Positions 8,382-18,360 of a stretch of DNA of 32,000 bases are shown in pieces. Each line of letters starts with the position of its first letter. The first letter of the stretch is position 1. This stretch comes from Desulfobulbus propionicus DSM 2032 (GTDB lineage: Bacteria; Desulfobacterota; Desulfobulbia; Desulfobulbales; Desulfobulbaceae). The position numbers were made by a program, and so were the translations under genes. The notes below the pieces were generated by a model. It was not told where the DNA came from, ran no database searches, and was given only the letters and a program-made list of their open reading frames with translations. The stretch is from NCBI RefSeq assembly GCF_000186885.1, contig NC_014972.1, positions 270,001 through 302,000 on the forward strand, written 5' to 3'.

Positions 8382-10442
8382 ATGACCGACCCGAAGAACA
8401 CTTCACTGCATGCCCACATCCTTGCTGTCAAAAAAGGTGAACGGGTTTTTGAAAATGCCTTTCAAAGTGTCAGCCGGATGATCCTGGAAAAGGACATCAA
8501 CAAGGTCACGGTCAACGGCAAATCCACCTTTGATTTCACCATCTTCCGCGAAGGCAAGAAACACATCATCGGCATGTACGACGAGATCAACTCGTTCGTC
8601 TCCTTTGTCAAGGACGCCTCCCAGGGCGGCTCCTCCAAGGAGATGGCCTTTGTCCTCGTCGGCGAGCCGGGCAACGGCAAGACCTTCCTGGTCGAGTATC
8701 TGTGCAGTCTGTACCGCGATTTTCTCTCTCGGCCCAAGAATCGGAAATACACTTTTCGGTTCACCAATCTCGACCGGATCGGCAGCTACGGCGCCATCAG
8801 AATGATCGAGTCGCAGACCTACGAGGATCCGATGATCCTGGCCCTCAATCTGTTTGAGAGCAAAAGCGAATCGATGCAGTACCTCGCCAAGAAATGCAAG
8901 GTCAGCGACGCCACCCTGGAGACCTGGGCCGAGAATTACCGGCCGCTGGGCGCCTGCTCGGCTTATATCTGGAACGACATTCGCACGCTCTGCGGCGACG
9001 ACGTCGAGGCGATGCTGCAATGCGTGGAGATCGTGCCGGTGCCGCTGGTGGAGAGTTTGGGCACGGTCACCGGCAAATATCCGGCCAAGGACAAGATCAC
9101 CAGTTCGGCGGTGGATCTGCTCGGCGAGGAGTCGATCCAACGGCTGTTGCACATCACCGACACCAACAATCCCTACCGGTTCGACCTGCGGCGCGGAGCC
9201 CTGGCCCGGGTGGCCGGCGGCGGCATCCATTTCAGCGACGAGATCTACAAGAACAAGAAAGACCTGGTGCAAGTGTACCTGGGGATCATTCAGAACCGGA
9301 CCATCGAGATCGATGGCTACCGCTGGCCGATCGACACCCTGATCATCGCCACCAGCAACAACTCGGAATTCAACCGTTTCCTCGCCGAAAAGGAAGAAGC
9401 GCCGATCATCGACCGCTGCCGCATCTGCTATGTGTCGCACAACACCAACTACCGTCAGCAGCGCGATCTGACCGCCTACGCCATCGGCAACGAGTCCAAG
9501 ACCACCCTCACCGGCAACGTCATGCACCAGGACCCGAACCTCAACTACGCCGCCTCGGTGGCCGTGGTCCTCACCCGTCTGCCGCGCTCGGAGAAGCTGA
9601 CCCCGATCGAGACCATGAAGCTGGCCGCCGGCGAGGTGGCGGGCGAAAAGAGCCTGAAGACGCTCGCCGAGGTGATCGACACCCTCAACCAGGAGCACGA
9701 CATCACCAAACGTTTCGGCCAGAAGGGACTGGGCCAGCGCAACCTCGGCCGCACCATGCAGCTGATGCTCGAGAGTTCGGAGACCAACGAGGGCAAGTGC
9801 ATGTTCGCCTACGACGTGTTCACGGCGCTGGAGCGGGTGATCCTCGACTATGTGTCCGAGGCGGCTGACCGGGCCAAATTCCTCGATGATCTCAAGATCG
9901 CCAAGGGACTGTACCGCGAGCGGATCATGACCGAGATGTTCAACGCCTACATGGACGAACCGCTGGCCATCCGCAAGGACGTGCTCAACTACGTCAACAT
10001 GATCATCGGCATCGACGCCGAGAACCTGGGCGTGGATCGGATGTGGAAGTACAAGAACCCCCAGACCGGCGAACTGCAGGCCTTAAAGATCGACGAACGC
10101 TACATCGATTCGGTCGAAGCCTGCCTCGGCTTGAAGATCCGCGAGCAGAAAGACAGCTTCCGCACCTCGATCCGCAAGATTTATGGCCAGAAGATTTCGG
10201 TCAATCCGGACTACGATTTCATGGACAATCTGGAGTTGGTCAAGGCGGTCACCGATGTTCGCCTGAAATCCGACATCGCCGGTGCCGGCAGCCTGATTGG
10301 CGCGCTTGCCAACCGCACCAACGAGGAGAACCAGAAGCTCTACGACCGGATGATCGACACCATGCTGAACAAGCTCGGCTACTGTGTCACCTGCGCCCAG
10401 AAGACCATCGAGTACTTCTGTACCCAGGTGGATGAGAACTGA
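8382..10442 (+). CDS. prkA: PrkA/YeaG-family serine protein kinase (AAA+ protein)
   Basis: Start MTDPKNTSLHAH preceded by AAGGAGG. Walker A VGEPGNGKTFLVEYLCSLY, HFSDEIYKNKKDLVQVYLGIIQNRTIEIDG, ATSNNSEFNRFLAEKEEAPIIDRCRICYVSHNTNY, and the C-terminal PrkA domain. Confidence 0.95.
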   Translation: MTDPKNTSLHAHILAVKKGERVFENAFQSVSRMILEKDINKVTVNGKSTFDFTIFREGKKHIIGMYDEINSFVSFVKDASQGGSSKEMAFVLVGEPGNGKTFLVEYLCSLYRDFLSRPKNRKYTFRFTNLDRIGSYGAIRMIESQTYEDPMILALNLFESKSESMQYLAKKCKVSDATLETWAENYRPLGACSAYIWNDIRTLCGDDVEAMLQCVEIVPVPLVESLGTVTGKYPAKDKITSSAVDLLGEESIQRLLHITDTNNPYRFDLRRGALARVAGGGIHFSDEIYKNKKDLVQVYLGIIQNRTIEIDGYRWPIDTLIIATSNNSEFNRFLAEKEEAPIIDRCRICYVSHNTNYRQQRDLTAYAIGNESKTTLTGNVMHQDPNLNYAASVAVVLTRLPRSEKLTPIETMKLAAGEVAGEKSLKTLAEVIDTLNQEHDITKRFGQKGLGQRNLGRTMQLMLESSETNEGKCMFAYDVFTALERVILDYVSEAADRAKFLDDLKIAKGLYRERIMTEMFNAYMDEPLAIRKDVLNYVNMIIGIDAENLGVDRMWKYKNPQTGELQALKIDERYIDSVEACLGLKIREQKDSFRTSIRKIYGQKISVNPDYDFMDNLELVKAVTDVRLKSDIAGAGSLIGALANRTNEENQKLYDRMIDTMLNKLGYCVTCAQKTIEYFCTQVDEN

Positions 10443-10470
10443 GGGTGGAGGCAACGGACCAGGGGCAGCC

Positions 10471-11862
10471 ATGTACAGATTACGGCAACTCTATCAGCGG
10501 CTCGAAGCCAAGGGACTGACCGACGACCAGCGGCGGGTGATCGAGCGCGAGCTGGCGATGGCCGAGCAGGGGAGCGATCCCGTACGTGACCATCTGATCG
10601 GTCCGCCGCCTGTGGCCCGTTCGCTGTACAGCTACACTGATCCGCAGATGCTCGGCCAGGGCAATCCGTCGCCCCTGATGTCGCTGGTGGCGGCCCAGTC
10701 GCTCGATCATCTGCTCCAGCGTGACCTGCAGCGGGAAAAAGACGGCTTTCCGCGCAAGATCCGAGTGGGCAAGCTGGTCAAGCCGGGCCGGGACGGCGAC
10801 GACAAGGTGGTGGTCATCCCGACCACGGTCGAGGAAAAGCTGATCCACGACCGCATCCCCGAAGAGGAGGAAGGCGAGGGTGGAGAAGGCCAGGGGCAAG
10901 GCGAAGGCGGGGCTGGCGAGGGTGAAGAGGGCGAGGTGATCGGCGAGCAGCCGATCCGCGAACAGCAGGGCGGCGGCAGTGGCGCCGGGCAGGGCCAGGG
11001 CGGCACCCACGAACTGGAATCCACGGTTTACGATCTGGGCCGCATCCTCACCGAACAGTTCGCCCTGCCCAACCTGCGCGATAAGGGCAAGAAACGCTCG
11101 TTGACCCGTTTTGCCTACGACCTGACCGACAAGAATCGCGGCTTTGGCCAGATCCTCGACAAGAAGGCCACCCTGAAGCGGGTGTTGCAGACCAACATCG
11201 CTCTGGGGCGCTTGCAGGCGGGCACCCCGGTCGATGTCAACACCCTGATGGTCTCGCCCCGTGACCGGGTCTACCGCATCCTGTCCAAGGAAAAAGACTA
11301 CGAGTCCCAGGCGGTGGTCTTTTTTGTTCGCGACTATTCGGGATCCATGGCCGGCAAGCCGACCGAGTTGGTAGTCAATCAGCACGTGCTCATTTACGCC
11401 TGGCTGAGCTACCAGTACCAAAATCAGGTGGAAACGCGCTTCATCCTCCACGATACCGAGGCGCGGGAGGTGGAGAACTTTCAGGCCTATTACCAGATGC
11501 AGGTGGCCGGCGGCACCCAGGTGAGTTCGGCCTACCGTCTGGTCAACCGGATCGTGGCCGAGGAGGAACTGGCCCGCGACTATTCCATCTACGTTTTCCA
11601 CGGCACCGACGGCGACGATTGGGATACCTACGGCGAGGAGTCGTTGCCCGAACTGGAAAAGATGCTCGTCTACGCCAGCCGCGTGGGGATCACCATTGCC
11701 GAGAACGGTCTCGACGGCACCCGTCGCACCGAGGTGGAAAAATATCTGAGCAAGTCCGGTCTGCTGGAGTCACGCAAGGCCCTGCTGCGCTTGGACGTGA
11801 TGTCCAAGGAGAGCACCGAGACGCGGATCATCGAGGGCATCAAACATCTGATTTCTGAATGA
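10471..11862 (+). CDS. yeaH: DUF444 / YeaH-family protein with vWA-like domain
   Basis: MYRLRQLYQRLEAKGLTDDQRRVIER, VRVGKLV-like KIRVGKLVKPG, MIDAS-type VRDYSGSMAGKPTELV, and RFILHDTEAREV. Contains an acidic Gly/Glu/Gln-rich linker. Lies between prkA and spoVR. Confidence 0.9.
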   Translation: MYRLRQLYQRLEAKGLTDDQRRVIERELAMAEQGSDPVRDHLIGPPPVARSLYSYTDPQMLGQGNPSPLMSLVAAQSLDHLLQRDLQREKDGFPRKIRVGKLVKPGRDGDDKVVVIPTTVEEKLIHDRIPEEEEGEGGEGQGQGEGGAGEGEEGEVIGEQPIREQQGGGSGAGQGQGGTHELESTVYDLGRILTEQFALPNLRDKGKKRSLTRFAYDLTDKNRGFGQILDKKATLKRVLQTNIALGRLQAGTPVDVNTLMVSPRDRVYRILSKEKDYESQAVVFFVRDYSGSMAGKPTELVVNQHVLIYAWLSYQYQNQVETRFILHDTEAREVENFQAYYQMQVAGGTQVSSAYRLVNRIVAEEELARDYSIYVFHGTDGDDWDTYGEESLPELEKMLVYASRVGITIAENGLDGTRRTEVEKYLSKSGLLESRKALLRLDVMSKESTETRIIEGIKHLISE

Positions 11863-11884
11863 GGGCGGGGCCTCCGGTGCGAGT

Positions 11885-13516
11885 ATGGAACTGATCAGTC
11901 AGCATGCCAAACGGATCATGGAGGGGTGCAAGGAACGCGCCCGGCAGGCAGGCCTGCGCTTCGAGGACGAGACCCTGGAATACGTGGTCACCAACCGCGA
12001 CATGCTGGAACTCGGCCCCAAGGTGATGATCCCCACCCTCTACGATTACTGGGTGCAGGAGGTGGAGGTGCTGCGCGAGCAGGGCCGCTACGAGCTGTAT
12101 CCCAACAATCCCTACGAGACGGTGATCAATACCCGGCCGCCGATTTCCTACTACAACGACAACAATCCCGATTGGCTCAACGTGATGATTTTTTACCACG
12201 TCATCGGCCATATCGATTTTTTTCAGAACAATCTCTTCTTCCGCCACACCTGGGACTACGATTTCACCGGCCGGGCCCTGGCCGACAAACGGCTGTTCGC
12301 CAAGCTGCGTTCGGAAAAGGGGCGCTGGGTGGATTATGTGATCGAGTTCGCCCGCACCATCGACAACCTGGTGGGCTATTTCGATCTGCTGGCCGATGTC
12401 GGCCAAGCGGGCGGCGACCAGCCCCTCAGTCTGCTCGACTACTACTTCGATGTCTTTCTCCAGCGCGGGCCGAAAACAATGGTGAGCACCTATTCCCGGG
12501 AGATCGAACGCTACAACCGGATGTGCAGGGAGTATCCCGAAGACGGGGATCTGCGCTTTGTCAAGAGCGTCACCGAGAAGTATACCGAACTGGAGAGTTT
12601 GCACGCCAGGAAGCTGAAGGAAAAAAAGAGCGTCGGCCGCACGGACCTGCTCCAGTTTCTCATGGAGTATTCGCCCTTTCTCAACCAGGAGAAGAACCGC
12701 TGGATGCTGATGATCCTTGAGGTCATCCGTTCGACCTCGCTCTACTTCCAGCCGCAGATCCGCACCAAGATCCTCAACGAGGGCTGGGCCTCCTACTGGC
12801 ATGACACCCTCTTCCTCGGCGATGAGCGGATCAGGGGCCACGAGGTCGACTACGCCATTGTCAACGCCAAGGTGACCTCCATGCCCCGGGTCGGGCTCAA
12901 CCCCTATGCCTTGGGGCTGCGGTTGTTCCAGCATCTGGAGGAGCAGGCGGACAAGGGACGCACCGGGTTGGAATACTTTCAGACCGCCGACCGTGAGCAG
13001 CGGCGCCATTTTGACCGGGCCACCGGCCAGGGCAGGGAGTACATCTTCCACATCCGCGAGAACTACTGCGATTCAATGTTTATCAACAGCTTCATCGACC
13101 AGGAGTTTGTTGACCGCTACCGCTTGTTCGTCGCCGGCAAACGGCTCAACCGGGAACGGATGACCTGGCAGTACTATGTCAAGAGCCGCAAGGCCGTCGA
13201 TTACCGACAGATGGTGGCCGAGAGCCTGTATCATCCACCGCGCGTCGAGGTGACGGTGGCGGAGAACAATGCCCTGGTGCTTGACCATGTGTTCGAGGGG
13301 AAACCCCTGTTGCGCGATTTCATCCAGGGGGTGCTGCTCGGGGTGGAGTTTCTCTGGGGCGACGAGGTGCATCTCTATACCAGCGTGCCCATTCCGGTCA
13401 AGGCGGGCAAAGAGGACGGACAGCCCCGGGAAGAAACCCCGAAGCGGACCATCAGCTGGAAACGGTTCCGTTTCACCATGAAAGACAGGACCCTGTCGCG
13501 GACGCTCGCGGAATGA
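11885..13516 (+). CDS. spoVR: SpoVR / YcgB-family protein
   Basis: 543 aa. FYHVIGHIDFFQNNLFFRHT, ILNEGWASYWHDTLF, GHEVDYAIVNAKVTSMPRVGLNPYALGLRLFQHLEE, and TWQYYVKSRKAVDYRQMVAESLYHPP. Confidence 0.95.
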   Translation: MELISQHAKRIMEGCKERARQAGLRFEDETLEYVVTNRDMLELGPKVMIPTLYDYWVQEVEVLREQGRYELYPNNPYETVINTRPPISYYNDNNPDWLNVMIFYHVIGHIDFFQNNLFFRHTWDYDFTGRALADKRLFAKLRSEKGRWVDYVIEFARTIDNLVGYFDLLADVGQAGGDQPLSLLDYYFDVFLQRGPKTMVSTYSREIERYNRMCREYPEDGDLRFVKSVTEKYTELESLHARKLKEKKSVGRTDLLQFLMEYSPFLNQEKNRWMLMILEVIRSTSLYFQPQIRTKILNEGWASYWHDTLFLGDERIRGHEVDYAIVNAKVTSMPRVGLNPYALGLRLFQHLEEQADKGRTGLEYFQTADREQRRHFDRATGQGREYIFHIRENYCDSMFINSFIDQEFVDRYRLFVAGKRLNRERMTWQYYVKSRKAVDYRQMVAESLYHPPRVEVTVAENNALVLDHVFEGKPLLRDFIQGVLLGVEFLWGDEVHLYTSVPIPVKAGKEDGQPREETPKRTISWKRFRFTMKDRTLSRTLAE

Positions 13517-13544
13517 CGGCTCGGCGACAAGGAAAGGGAACGTT

Positions 13545-15773
13545 ATGGGTGCACTGACCAAAGCCTTGCAGACCCTGCACAAGTATCGGGGCGATCACAA
13601 TCGGCAGGCGGAGCTGTCGTTCACGCAATTCCTCCGCGAGGTGGTCGAGCGGCCGGAACGCAATATCCGCAACGTCACCCAGGTCTATGCCGACATGGTA
13701 CATCATTTTGTCCGCAACGGCTTTGACGAATACCGCAACGATCCGGAATCGATCAACTATCTGCACTACGACTGTAGCCGCCTGTTTGTCGAGGGCTCGG
13801 ACCGGCCCTTCTTTGCCGATCGTCTCTTTGCCAACCGGCTGGTTCGCCATGTGGAATCGCTTTCGGTTGGCGACCAGCAGAACAAGATCTATATTTTCGA
13901 CGGTCCGCACGGCAGCGGCAAATCGACCTTCCTCAACAACCTGCTGCGCAAGTTCGAACAGTATGCCAACACTCCGGAAGGCAGTCGGTTCGAGGTGGTA
14001 TGGCGGTTGAAGGTTCCCGAATCGGTTGGTGGCCAGACCATGGGCAGCGATCAGGGGGAAGGCGGCCATTGGCTGACCTTGCCCTGCCCGAGTCACGATC
14101 ACCCGCTGTTGCTCATCCCCAAGGAAATCCGGCGCCAGTTCCTCGATGAGCTGCTGGAGGACGACCGGTTCAAGGCCCAGCTGTTCACCGAGAAGAAATA
14201 CGAATGGGTGTTCCGCGAGGAGCCCTGCACCCTCTGCCTGTCGCTCTACCAGGAGCTGCTGAAAAAGGAGGGCGATCCCCTCAAGGTGCTGGACCATGTT
14301 TTTGCCCGGCCGTATGTGTTCAATCGGCGGCTGGGGGCCGGCATTTCGGTGTTCAACCCCGGCGACCGGCGCTCGCAGCGCAATGTTCGCACCGACGACG
14401 AGGTGCAGCGTACCCTCAACAGTCTGTTCTCGCCCGCCGGCAAGGTGCCCTATCTCTACTCAGGCTATGCCAAGAGCAACAACGGCATCTATGCCTTGAT
14501 GGACGTCAAGTCGCACAATACCGAGCGGTTGATGGATCTGCACAACATCATCAGCGACGGAGTGCACAAGGTCGATCATGTCGAGGAGCGGGTCAATTCC
14601 CTGTTTTTCGCCCTGATGAACCCAGAGGACAAGAAGGTGCTCACCGATCTGGCTGCCTTCTCCGACCGGATCGAATATGTCAATATTCCCTATATTCTCG
14701 ATATTAAAACTGAAATCGAGATTTATCGTGAGGTCTTTGGCCGGCACATCGATGCCAGTTTTCTCCCCCGGGTGCTGCACAACTTTGCCCGGGTGATCGT
14801 CGCCACCCGGCTGCGGACCCGGTCGGAGGCCATGCTCGAATGGATTCAGGATCCGGACAAGTATGCGCTCTACTGCGACAAGAACCTGCAGCTGCTCAAG
14901 ATGGAGATCTATACGGGCCACATCCCGCCCTGGCTGAGCGAGGAGGACGTGGAGCGGTTCACCTCCAAGCGGCGGCTGAAAATCATCGCCGAATCGGAAC
15001 AGGACGGCTGGCAGGGGTTGTCGGGTCGTGATTCCATCCGCATGTTCAACGAGTTCTATGCGCGCTACGCCCGTGAGGACAAGCTGATCGACATGTCGAT
15101 GCTCGGCCTCTTCTTCCGCAAATACTGCAAGAAGGACAAGACCTTCCTGCCCATGGGCTTTCTCGATTCCCTGTTGCGGATGTACAACTACGCCGTGTTG
15201 CAGTCGGTCAAGGAATCGCTCTACGACTACAACGAGGAGCAGATCGCCCGCGACATCCAGAACTATCTGTTCGCGGTCAACTTTGAACCCGGGACCAGCG
15301 AAACCTGCCGCTTCACCGGCGAGCGGCTGGACATCAACGAAGCCTTCTTTCAACGCATCGAGTCCCGGTTGATGGTCTCGTCCGCCGACGCCACGGCCTT
15401 CCGCAACAGCGTGCAAAAGGCGTACACCACCACCACCCTCACCCAGGAAATCCTGCGCGACAACCTGGACATCAGCCAAACCGCGCTGTACCTCCACCTC
15501 CACGAACGCTATATCCACCATCTCAAGGAAAAGGTGCTCGACCCCTTTCTGGAGAACGAGAATTTCCGCCGCGCGGTCAAGGAGTTCGATCAGGAGTCCT
15601 TCAAGACCTATGATCACAAGATCCAGAGCGATGTCCGTTTCATGATGCACAACCTGCAGAAAAAATTCGGCTATACCCGTCAGGGCGCCAAGGAAATCTG
15701 CATCTACGTCATCGACAACAACTTGGCCCGGGTCTTTTCCGAGCAGATCAACTACGGGCAGCTCATCCCCTGA
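13545..15773 (+). CDS. Second, divergent PrkA-like AAA+ serine protein kinase paralogue
   Basis: 742 aa. Walker A FDGPHGSGKSTFLNNLLRKFEQY, CTLCLSLYQELLKKEGDPLKVLDHVFARPY, KSHNTERLMDLHNIISDGVHKVDHVEERVNSLFFALMNPEDKKVL (PrkA-like second-half motifs), and a C-terminal helical region. Co-directional with spoVR, 28 bp gap. Confidence 0.8.
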   Translation: MGALTKALQTLHKYRGDHNRQAELSFTQFLREVVERPERNIRNVTQVYADMVHHFVRNGFDEYRNDPESINYLHYDCSRLFVEGSDRPFFADRLFANRLVRHVESLSVGDQQNKIYIFDGPHGSGKSTFLNNLLRKFEQYANTPEGSRFEVVWRLKVPESVGGQTMGSDQGEGGHWLTLPCPSHDHPLLLIPKEIRRQFLDELLEDDRFKAQLFTEKKYEWVFREEPCTLCLSLYQELLKKEGDPLKVLDHVFARPYVFNRRLGAGISVFNPGDRRSQRNVRTDDEVQRTLNSLFSPAGKVPYLYSGYAKSNNGIYALMDVKSHNTERLMDLHNIISDGVHKVDHVEERVNSLFFALMNPEDKKVLTDLAAFSDRIEYVNIPYILDIKTEIEIYREVFGRHIDASFLPRVLHNFARVIVATRLRTRSEAMLEWIQDPDKYALYCDKNLQLLKMEIYTGHIPPWLSEEDVERFTSKRRLKIIAESEQDGWQGLSGRDSIRMFNEFYARYAREDKLIDMSMLGLFFRKYCKKDKTFLPMGFLDSLLRMYNYAVLQSVKESLYDYNEEQIARDIQNYLFAVNFEPGTSETCRFTGERLDINEAFFQRIESRLMVSSADATAFRNSVQKAYTTTTLTQEILRDNLDISQTALYLHLHERYIHHLKEKVLDPFLENENFRRAVKEFDQESFKTYDHKIQSDVRFMMHNLQKKFGYTRQGAKEICIYVIDNNLARVFSEQINYGQLIP

Positions 15774-15794
15774 GAACGGTCGATTTGCTGGCTG

Positions 15795-18272
15795 TTAGCC
15801 GTCGGCAAGCATCCCCTTGCGTTGCAGAAAGGCAAAGTATTCCTCCGGCGAAGGCAGACGCCCCGCAAGCGCGCTGATCGCGGTCAGCTCGGTGGAACCG
15901 AGATAGACCCGAGCGCCGTCGCCGAGACGGTTGTCGAAGTTGCGGGTCGAGGTGGACATCACCGTCGCCCCCGGTCGTACCCGGGCCTGATTGCCCATGC
16001 ACAGGCTGCAGCCGGGGATCTCCACCCGGCCGCCGACCTGGGCAAAGACGCTCAATCCCCCTTCCCGCTGGATGATGTCCCGGTCCATGCGGGTGGAGGG
16101 GGCGATCCATAGCCGGCTGGCCGCATAGGGTTCGTCCCGCAGCAACCGTGCCGCGGCCTGCAGGTGCGACAAATGGGTCATGCAAGAGCCGATGAAGGCC
16201 TCGTCAATGGCTGCCCCAGCCACCTCGCGCAATGGGCGCACATCGTCCGGGTCGTTGGGGCAGGCCAGCAGGGGTTCGGTGATCGCGCTTAGATCGATGT
16301 CGAGCACCGCCTTGTACTCCGCCCCTTTGTCCGCGCTGAGCAGGCGGGGGGAGGCCAGCCAGTCCTCAAGTGCAGCAATGCGCCGTTCCAACGCGGAACG
16401 ATCCGCATAGCCATCGGCGATCAGGTCCCGGAGCAGAGCGCTATTCTGGCGCACATTTTCGATCACTGCGGCCAGCGACAGCTTGACCGTGCAGGCGGCG
16501 GCGCTGCGCTCAGCCGAGGCATCGCTCAATTCAAAGGCCTGCTCGACACTGAGGTCGTCCACGCCCTCGATTTCGAGGATGGTACCGGCAAAGATGTTCT
16601 TCTTGCCCTTCTTGGCCACGGTCAGCAACCCTTGTTGGATGGCGGCATGGGGAATGGCGTTGACCATGTCGCGCACCGTGATTCCCGGCCGGCGGCGGCC
16701 ATGGAAACGGACCAGCACCGACGGCGGCATCTCCAGGGGCATGAAACCCAGCGCTCCGGCAAAGGCCACCAGACCGGAACCGGCCGGGAAGGAGATGCCC
16801 AGCGGAAAACGGGTATGGGAATCACCGCCCGTGCCCACGGTGTCGGGAACGAGCATCCGGTTGAGCCAGGAATGGATGACTCCGTCGCCGGGCTTGAGGG
16901 CCACGCCGCCGCAGACCACCGTGGTTTCGGTCATGCTCTGCCAGCGGCCGAGATCCGAGGCCTTGGGGTAGGCGGCGGTATGGCAGAACGATTGCATGAA
17001 CAGATCGGCCTTGAAGCGCAGGCAGGCCAGTTCGGCGAGTTCCTGCATGGTCATGGGACCGGTGGTGTCCTGGGAGCCGACCGTGGTCATCCGCGGCTCG
17101 CAGACCGTGCCCGGCACAACACCGACAACGCCGCAGGCCAGGCCAACCATTTTCTGCGCCAGGGTATAGGCGTGGTCAGCGTTGGGTACAGGATTGGTGA
17201 CCTCGTGGAACAGGGAGGGGAATGGGCGTCCCAAGGCCTCGCAGGCCCGACGGGTGAGATTGCGGCCAATGATCAGGTTGAGCCGGCCACCGGCGCGGTA
17301 TTCGTCGAGCAGGGTCAGCGGCGCGGGTTTGAGAGGAATGGCTTGTCCGTTTTCCTGTTCCAGGGTCCACTGGTGCAGGTTGAGCACCACTTGGTCGCCG
17401 GTATGCAGGCCGGCCACCTCGCATTCGATCGCCAGTACCCCGGCATCGCGGGCGGTGGCGTAAAAGATGGGGGCGATGATCCCGCCCAGCACCAGGCCGC
17501 CGCGCCGTTTGTTGGGAATATGGGGAATATCCTCGCCCAGATGCCAGCTCACCGAATTGATGGCCGATTTGCGCGAAGAGCCGGTACCGACCACGTCGCC
17601 GGCAAAGGCCACGGTCCGCCCTTGGGCGCGAAGGTCGGCGATGGTGCGGATACCGTCCGGAAAGCGGGTCACCCCGAAAAAGGTGGCGTGCAAGGGGATA
17701 TCGGCTCGGGTCTGGGCCTGATTGCCGGGGGAGAAATCGTCGGTGTTGATCTCACCCTCGACCTTGTACACGGTGCAGGCTATCTTCTCCGGCAATGCGG
17801 GACTGCGGGTGAACCACTCGGCCGCGGCCCAGGATTCGAGCACGCCGCGCGCCGCAGGATGCGTCGTGGCCAACTCGGCCACCTCGTCAAAGGCTTCGTA
17901 AATCTTGGTCAGCCCTTTAAGGGCCTCGGCGGCAGCTTCGGCCAGCGGGGCGATGCGCAGCAGACGCAGCAGGGCGCTGACATTGTAGCCGCCGCCCATC
18001 TGGGCGAGCATGGCGATGGCCGCCTGGGGAGGCAACTGGTCGACCGCAATCGCCCCTTTGGCCACCAGCTCAAGCCAGTCTGCCTTGACGCCGGCTGCCT
18101 TGCTCACCCCGGGTTCGACCCGATCAGCCAGCAGTTGGAGCAGGGCTGCCTGCTCCCCGTGACCGGCCGCCAGCAGTTCGGTGAGTTCCCGGGTTTGCAG
18201 GGCTGTCAGGGGCAGGGGAGGGACGCCGAGGAGGGCGCGTTCGGCCGCTTTGCTTCTGTACTGTTCCAGCAT
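15795..18272 (-). CDS. acnB: Bifunctional aconitate hydratase 2 / 2-methylisocitrate dehydratase
   Basis: 825 aa. FTGDVVGTGSSRKSAINSV, GGLVLGGIIAPIFYATARDAG, VGSQDTTGPMTMQELAELAC, SWLNRMLVPDTVGTGGDSHTRFPLG, and IPGCSLCMGNQARVRPGATVMSTSTRNFDNRLG. Confidence 0.96.
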   Translation of the reverse strand: MLEQYRSKAAERALLGVPPLPLTALQTRELTELLAAGHGEQAALLQLLADRVEPGVSKAAGVKADWLELVAKGAIAVDQLPPQAAIAMLAQMGGGYNVSALLRLLRIAPLAEAAAEALKGLTKIYEAFDEVAELATTHPAARGVLESWAAAEWFTRSPALPEKIACTVYKVEGEINTDDFSPGNQAQTRADIPLHATFFGVTRFPDGIRTIADLRAQGRTVAFAGDVVGTGSSRKSAINSVSWHLGEDIPHIPNKRRGGLVLGGIIAPIFYATARDAGVLAIECEVAGLHTGDQVVLNLHQWTLEQENGQAIPLKPAPLTLLDEYRAGGRLNLIIGRNLTRRACEALGRPFPSLFHEVTNPVPNADHAYTLAQKMVGLACGVVGVVPGTVCEPRMTTVGSQDTTGPMTMQELAELACLRFKADLFMQSFCHTAAYPKASDLGRWQSMTETTVVCGGVALKPGDGVIHSWLNRMLVPDTVGTGGDSHTRFPLGISFPAGSGLVAFAGALGFMPLEMPPSVLVRFHGRRRPGITVRDMVNAIPHAAIQQGLLTVAKKGKKNIFAGTILEIEGVDDLSVEQAFELSDASAERSAAACTVKLSLAAVIENVRQNSALLRDLIADGYADRSALERRIAALEDWLASPRLLSADKGAEYKAVLDIDLSAITEPLLACPNDPDDVRPLREVAGAAIDEAFIGSCMTHLSHLQAAARLLRDEPYAASRLWIAPSTRMDRDIIQREGGLSVFAQVGGRVEIPGCSLCMGNQARVRPGATVMSTSTRNFDNRLGDGARVYLGSTELTAISALAGRLPSPEEYFAFLQRKGMLADG

Positions 18273-18360
18273 GGGGATCCTCCGTGTGGTGACGTGGTGG
18301 CCAACGAGAAACCGCCGACTTTTCCGTGATTGAAAAGCCGACGGTGCAGCTCAAGCGGGA

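Noticed and set aside
10861-11010. Repetitive GAGGAAGGCGAGG/GGCCAGGGGCAAGGC-like sequence as a DNA repeat
   Set aside because: It is the in-frame acidic Gly/Glu/Gln-rich linker of the YeaH-like protein, not an independent repeat element.
10480-11601. 373-aa minus-strand ORF opposite yeaH
   Set aside because: Shadow ORF of the DUF444 gene with no independent coding evidence.
13545-15773. PrkA2-like ATPase as a phage-defence NTPase
   Set aside because: Its PrkA-like motifs and its position after prkA-yeaH-spoVR fit the stress-related cluster better. No defence genes, integrase or phage genes are nearby.
16632-18329. 565-aa plus-strand ORF opposite acnB
   Set aside because: Antisense of a well-supported acnB, with no domain signatures. 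Spurious.
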